28,166 nt of DNA from a virus. A program made the position numbers and the translations under genes. This document shows positions 25,025 through 28,166 of this stretch, piece after piece. How positions within the stretch are numbered: the first letter of the stretch is position 1; each line of letters opens with the position of its first letter. The notes beneath the pieces are model-generated. The model did not search any database and was not told where the DNA came from. It was given only the letters and a program-made list of their open reading frames with translations. Location of the stretch: positions 1 through 28,166 of IMG/VR virus record IMGVR_UViG_3300045988_089490. One strand, given 5' to 3'.

Positions 25025-25462
25025 GTGGTTTATATTAACAAAGCTAACAGATTAAAAGAGATACGTCCTAATGATGCATTAATACTTATCAAAATGGTTC
25101 ATAACTGATTATGATTGTTCATTATTTGATATGTATGATGCATTCAAGGATGGTTGGCACATGATCTAGGAAGTGGATTGTTTACACTAACAAAGCCAGG
25201 TATCTATGAAGTAACTTATACTGCGGATATTACGAGTGCAGCGGCAGGACAAGCTTCTTTAGTGCTTGAACTAAATGGAGAAGCAATTGGTGGAACACAA
25301 TCTATTTATACTGTTGCAACTGCAAGTGCGTATGGAAATGTAAGTGGAGACACTCTAATTCAAGTTCCATGTGGTGCATCTTATACAATAGCATTAGCAA
25401 ATAACAGTGGTTTAGATCTATCTGTTCAAAATGCAAATATCATCATTAAAAAGATTGCGTAG
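25025..25462 (+). pseudogene. C1q/TNF-like (BclA C-terminal-like) jelly-roll gene, apparently disrupted near its 5' end
   Basis: 25154..25462 encodes GLFTLTKPGIYEVTYTADI...LVLELNGEAIGG...IQVPCGASYTIALANNSG...ANIIIKKIA, a C1q-like pattern lacking the first strands. It has a TTG start with an SD only 3 nt away. The same reading phase is open upstream (VVYINKANRLKEIRPNDALILIK) and is broken only by four TGA codons at 25106, 25112, 25127 and 25136. Confidence 0.45.
25093..25145 (+). repeat. Right copy of the perfect 53-bp inverted repeat (ardA-derived sequence)
   Basis: The sequence is identical to the reverse complement of 2828-2880 and contains all four stop codons that interrupt the C1q-like reading frame. 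Confidence 0.9.
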
Positions 25463-25945
25463 GTGAAAAATATGCATAAAGCAATGGAAGTTAATGAAAA
25501 GATAATGCATGAGTCAGTAAACATGTTAGAGAAATACGGATATGCAGAATCTTATTTCCACGCATTATCTCAAGCTTTAGATAATATCAAAGACATTGAA
25601 ACTATAGAAGCAATGAGAAATAAATATCAAATTGAGATAGGAAAAGATGGAGTTTCAACTGTCGCAAGATTAAAAGAAGATAATGATGGATATAATATTC
25701 ATGATCCAGAAACAGAAGATATTGTTTATAAGCTTGCAGAACATTTGAAAAAATATAAAGCGTTCAAAGAAGAATATGAGCGTACAAAAGGTGATATGGA
25801 TTTAGAAAAGTCTCATCGTGAATTAGATAAGACTATGAAATGTATGCAACAAATCGTAACTATGATTCATGGATGCGTTGATTCAGATGAAGAAAAAACA
25901 ATGATTAAGACACATATACGAGACATGTTTAATATGTATCAATAA
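25463..25945 (+). CDS. Hypothetical helical protein (160 aa)
   Basis: Long ORF with a GTG start at 25463 or an ATG at 25472. I recognise no family. It is followed by its own terminator. Confidence 0.55.
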   Translation: MKNMHKAMEVNEKIMHESVNMLEKYGYAESYFHALSQALDNIKDIETIEAMRNKYQIEIGKDGVSTVARLKEDNDGYNIHDPETEDIVYKLAEHLKKYKAFKEEYERTKGDMDLEKSHRELDKTMKCMQQIVTMIHGCVDSDEEKTMIKTHIRDMFNMYQ

Positions 25946-25971
25946 GGCCGTTAAATACGGTCTTTTATTTT
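25944..25971 (+). terminator. Intrinsic terminator after the 160-aa ORF
   Basis: aaggccgt(25944-25951)/acggtctt(25957-25964), with one G-U pair, followed by a T-rich tract. Confidence 0.5.
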
Positions 25972-25985
25972 GTACAGTGTACAAA
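25967..25985. promoter_or_regulatory. Palindromic operator-like site ATTTTGTACAGTGTACAAA, copy 2, upstream of the holin gene
   Basis: The 19-mer is identical to 3999-4017 and lies 40 nt before the holin start. Confidence 0.5.
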
Positions 25986-26024
25986 CGATTTAAATACTAT
26001 TATTAGGATAGGAGGTATTTGTAA

Positions 26025-26246
26025 ATGAAAAAATATAGTAAAGAATGGTGGATTCAATATGGCTATTATGCAAGTATCAGAGCATTAAAGACAATTGCTC
26101 AAACTGCTGTTGGTGTTATTGGAGCATCTGCATTATTGGAAGCTGTTGATTGGCGAGTTGTAATTTCATCAGCGTTTTTGTCAGGCATCGTCTCGTTGCT
26201 GACTAGTATTGGCGGATTACCTGAAATTAGTGTACCGGAGGAATAA
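26025..26246 (+). CDS. Holin
   Basis: 73 aa with a GGAGG SD. RALKTIAQTAVGVIGASALL...VDWRVVISSAFLSGIVSLLTSIGGLPE shows two TM segments and the KT.AQT / LTS..GLPE pattern seen in Gram-positive phage holins. The gene lies directly before the endolysin gene. Confidence 0.75.
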   Translation: MKKYSKEWWIQYGYYASIRALKTIAQTAVGVIGASALLEAVDWRVVISSAFLSGIVSLLTSIGGLPEISVPEE

Positions 26247-26248
26247 TA

Positions 26249-26362
26249 ATGAATGATGAAGAAAAAGTAGTAGATTATGAGAATCTATCAGAAGAAGCAA
26301 AAGAAGAATTAAGCAATGGCAAGGAAGAAGGTGTAGATGAAGAATGTCGTATTCCGGATTAG
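26249..26362 (+). CDS. Possible 37-aa highly acidic peptide (MNDEEKVVDYENLSEEAKEELSNGKEEGVDEECRIPD)
   Basis: Unlisted ORF with a GGAGG SD (26237-26241) 7 nt before ATG 26249. It overlaps the endolysin start by 19 nt. Confidence 0.4.
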   Translation: MNDEEKVVDYENLSEEAKEELSNGKEEGVDEECRIPD

Positions 26363-27420
26363 CAACATATTGTAACAGAACATCACAACATTATGATGGT
26401 CGTTTTGGATATAAGGTTTGTAAAATCACTCCACACTACATGGCTGCGGCATGGAGTGGTAAACAATGCGCAGATTATTTTGCACGAAATACTCGTCAAG
26501 CATCTTCCAATTATTGTATTGGAATTAATGGAGACATTGCATGCAGTGTTGATGAAGAAAATGCTGCATGGACAAGTTCAAATTGGTTGAATGATTCTCA
26601 ATCAATTACAATTGAATGTGGAAACATTAATAACGCAACTGGAGAAATGACGCAAGCTACTTGGGATAGCTTGGTGAATCTATGTGTTGATATTTGTAAA
26701 CGATATGGATTTAGATTGAACTATACAGGAAATTCTAGCGGATCATTGACTATGCACAAAATGTTTGCGGCTACATCATGCCCTGGAGCATGGTTGGAAG
26801 CACGTATGCCACAATTGGCTAATGAAGTAAATGCAAAGTTAGATGGAAAGGTTGAAACACCAAAACCTACAACTCCAAGTGGAGAAAAATATTCAGTTAA
26901 TTTACCTATCTGTACAAACACATTGAGTGTGAATTGCTACGGAACTTCTACAGTTAAAAAAGGTGATTGGTCAGGTGTCATTGGTAGAGTAATTAAAGGA
27001 ACAAAATATCCATATCGTGTTGATCGTAATGGAGTAGCGATTGGATGGACTAATGATGCTGGTATTGATACAGACCCTCATGTGCCAGTTGGCGCCACAC
27101 AGTCTAGCGCAGAAGCTATCGACCAAATCTTGCACGAAGGCAGCTATGTTACTTCTGTACATATGAAAATTGGCAATCAAGGATTGAAGAAAATTGGCGA
27201 TGATTTATGCTGCTATCTATCAAAACTGGGTGGTTGGTTTCCAATTCGTATGGTAGACAAAGTACCTAATTCAGACGGATATAATGACAATGTATTGCAT
27301 ACCACAAATGCAGTAGTCTATGTATCTAGAATCAGAGTCGATGCAGTGAATGTTCAAAAGAATATTGTCAAGATTGGTGGCGTTTGGGTTGACCCAACAC
27401 CATTAACAGAAATTGAATAA
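26344..27420 (+). CDS. Endolysin: N-acetylmuramoyl-L-alanine amidase (Amidase_2/PGRP-type) with a C-terminal cell-wall-binding region
   Basis: ITPHYMAA...SSNYCIGINGDIACSVDEENAAWTSSN..NDSQSITIEC...HKMFAATSCPG matches the amidase_2 pattern (H..., S.hY.I...G.i...v.e...AW......N..si.IE, H......CPG). The gene follows the holin gene. Confidence 0.85.
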   Translation: MSYSGLATYCNRTSQHYDGRFGYKVCKITPHYMAAAWSGKQCADYFARNTRQASSNYCIGINGDIACSVDEENAAWTSSNWLNDSQSITIECGNINNATGEMTQATWDSLVNLCVDICKRYGFRLNYTGNSSGSLTMHKMFAATSCPGAWLEARMPQLANEVNAKLDGKVETPKPTTPSGEKYSVNLPICTNTLSVNCYGTSTVKKGDWSGVIGRVIKGTKYPYRVDRNGVAIGWTNDAGIDTDPHVPVGATQSSAEAIDQILHEGSYVTSVHMKIGNQGLKKIGDDLCCYLSKLGGWFPIRMVDKVPNSDGYNDNVLHTTNAVVYVSRIRVDAVNVQKNIVKIGGVWVDPTPLTEIE

Positions 27421-27442
27421 AATAAAAAAATAAAAAAATTGT

Positions 27443-27471
27443 TTGACATAATATGGTTTATACTGTATTAT
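27443..27471 (+). promoter_or_regulatory. Consensus sigma-A type promoter downstream of the endolysin gene
   Basis: TTGACA (27443-27448), a 17-nt spacer, TATTAT (27466-27471), preceded by an A-rich UP-like tract at 27421-27440. Confidence 0.6.
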
Positions 27472-27477
27472 CTTTCT

Positions 27478-27640
27478 TGCGTGAAGCAGTGAGGTACATT
27501 TTGGGGTACAAAACAACAAAGTGCTATCAAAACACGTAGATAATGATGTAAATAACATCAAATATCAATAGATATGAGGTATTTATATAATCCCCTCATC
27601 TGCTCCATTGAATTTTAAGCCTTTATTTAAAGGCTTTTTT
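27478..27640 (+). ncRNA. Candidate small non-coding RNA (about 160 nt) bounded by a promoter and a terminator
   Basis: It lies between the consensus promoter and the strong terminator and has no plausible ORF (longest ATG ORF 14 aa). An internal hairpin atgagg..cctcat sits at about 27574-27599. Confidence 0.35.
27617..27640 (+). terminator. Intrinsic terminator (end of the late operon and/or the sRNA)
   Basis: aagccttta(27617-27625), loop tt, taaaggctt(27628-27636), running into a T run that ends at 27640. Confidence 0.7.
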
Positions 27641-27647
27641 ATTTGTC

Positions 27648-27667
27648 TTGGGGTATATTGGGGTACA
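27648..27667 (+). repeat. Tandem 10-bp repeats TTGGGGTATA / TTGGGGTACA (candidate integrase arm-type or operator sites)
   Basis: The two copies are adjacent. A further direct copy TTGGGGTACA lies at 27501-27510, and an inverted copy TATACCCC lies at 27690-27697. Confidence 0.6.
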
Positions 27668-27683
27668 ATTTGATATTAAAATA

Positions 27684-27712
27684 TTGAATTATACCCCTTT
27701 TTTGCATATTAT
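27684..27712 (+). promoter_or_regulatory. Candidate integrase promoter
   Basis: TTGAAT (27684-27689), a 17-nt spacer containing TATACCCC, then TATTAT (27707-27712), 24 nt before the int ATG. Confidence 0.4.
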
Positions 27713-27735
27713 GGACATATAAGAGGGCACAAAAA

Positions 27736-28166
27736 ATGGCAGTGGAATTAGATAAGAAGACAGGAAAATATATGTTTGCCGGGAAAATATACAAAGATGG
27801 CAAATGTATAAAGAGATATCGTAAGCGTGGTTTTGATTCTAAATGGGAAGCACAAAAAGCTGAGGTTGAATTCAGGAAAGATTTCTTTATGCTTCCATCC
27901 GATATGAATTTTGACAGACTGTATAAAGCTTTTAAAGAATATAATAAAAAGTATGTAAAAGAATCAACGCTAAAATCAGATGAATATTTGTACAATGTTC
28001 TTTCTAAGGAAATGAAGGATATTGATTTTCTAGATAAAAGGCAAATGCAAAACTTGATCAACAAATTTGATGAGAAATATTCAAAGGCATATGTATCAAG
28101 AATATATTTCTTTTTAAATAAGCTATATAAATTTGGTGTTACTTCTGAATACATTCCAACCAATCC
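27736..28166 (+). CDS. int: Tyrosine recombinase / phage integrase, N-terminal part (3' end outside the window)
   Basis: ATG 27736 follows an AGAGGG SD, and the frame is open to the window end. MAVELDKKTGKYMFAGKIYKDGKCIKRYRKRGFDSKWEAQKAE.. is an arm-binding-type N-terminus. ...FKEYNKKYVKESTLKSDEYLYNV...RIYFFLNKLYKFGVTSEYIPTN is the SAM-like core-binding pattern. The ORF track misses it because there is no stop in the window. Confidence 0.8.
   Translation, partial: MAVELDKKTGKYMFAGKIYKDGKCIKRYRKRGFDSKWEAQKAEVEFRKDFFMLPSDMNFDRLYKAFKEYNKKYVKESTLKSDEYLYNVLSKEMKDIDFLDKRQMQNLINKFDEKYSKAYVSRIYFFLNKLYKFGVTSEYIPTN

Noticed and set aside
25093-25145. Diversity-generating retroelement (TR/VR pair) as an explanation for the ardA repeat
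   Set aside because: The two copies are 100 percent identical, with no adenine-specific differences. No reverse transcriptase gene is in the window, and the repeat introduces stop codons rather than variable codons.
2828-25145. Functional invertible switch (inverton) controlling ardA
   Set aside because: No invertase gene is present. Inversion across the repeats would fuse the ardA 5' part to ..KDGWHMI-stop and would leave the 3' part without a start, so neither orientation gains a sensible product. A recombination scar is the simpler reading.
27574-27606. tRNA 3' end-like sequence (..aatcccctcatctgctcca) as a tRNA gene or tRNA-derived att core
   Set aside because: The hairpin loop is 14 nt, not a 7-nt T-loop. 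There is no TTCGAAT-like motif and no matching acceptor 5' strand. It cannot be called from the sequence alone.
27648-27667. CRISPR-like or telomere-like reading of the TTGGGGTAYA repeats
   Set aside because: There are only two adjacent 10-bp copies plus dispersed single copies. There are no spacers and no cas genes. Their position next to int fits protein-binding sites.
27639-28163. Listed 174-aa minus-strand ORF
   Set aside because: Its sequence is low-complexity and rich in F, L, S and Y, as expected for the antisense of an AT-rich gene. It also has no SD. The + strand here carries an open frame from ATG 27736 to the window end with clear integrase N-terminal features.

Overview
This window is AT-rich and reads as about 28 kb of a temperate siphovirus or prophage of a low-GC Gram-positive (Bacillota-type) host.

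**Layout**
- **1-3420, accessory/early arm.** It holds the 3' part of an ImmA/IrrE-like HEXXH peptidase gene (+). Convergent with it is a minus-strand operon led by the antirestriction gene ardA, driven by a perfect TTGACA-17-TATTAT promoter and followed by 4-5 unknown ORFs with strong SD sites. A small divergent HTH gene completes the arm.
- **3415-4233, about 800 bp non-coding.** The region is dense in inverted repeats and contains a local GC-rich island. It is probably the cos site plus the late promoter/leader.
- **4234-27420, one plus-strand late operon.** Gene order is HNH endonuclease, TerS, TerL, HK97-type portal, prohead protease, major capsid, connector/adaptor genes, phi13-type major tail protein, G/T chaperone with a -1 frameshift, a 1277-aa tape measure, Dit, Tal and a long multi-gene baseplate/fibre module. 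It continues with XkdW/XkdX-like genes, two coiled-coil membrane proteins, a disrupted C1q-like gene plus an unknown ORF, holin and amidase endolysin.
- **27421-27735, att/regulatory region.** It contains an sRNA candidate bounded by a promoter and a terminator, and GGGGTAYA repeats.
- **27736-end.** This is the 5' part of a tyrosine integrase gene, which the ORF track misses because it runs off the window.

I found no CRISPR array, rRNA or convincing tRNA.

**Most unusual observations**
- A perfect 53-bp piece of ardA coding sequence reappears inverted 22 kb away, where it puts four stop codons into a C1q-like gene.
- A 19-bp palindromic motif is shared by the regions upstream of the packaging and lysis modules.
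- The major capsid gene may have a -1 frameshift extension at an A10 run.
- The uncharacterised ardA-led operon is a candidate anti-defence island.
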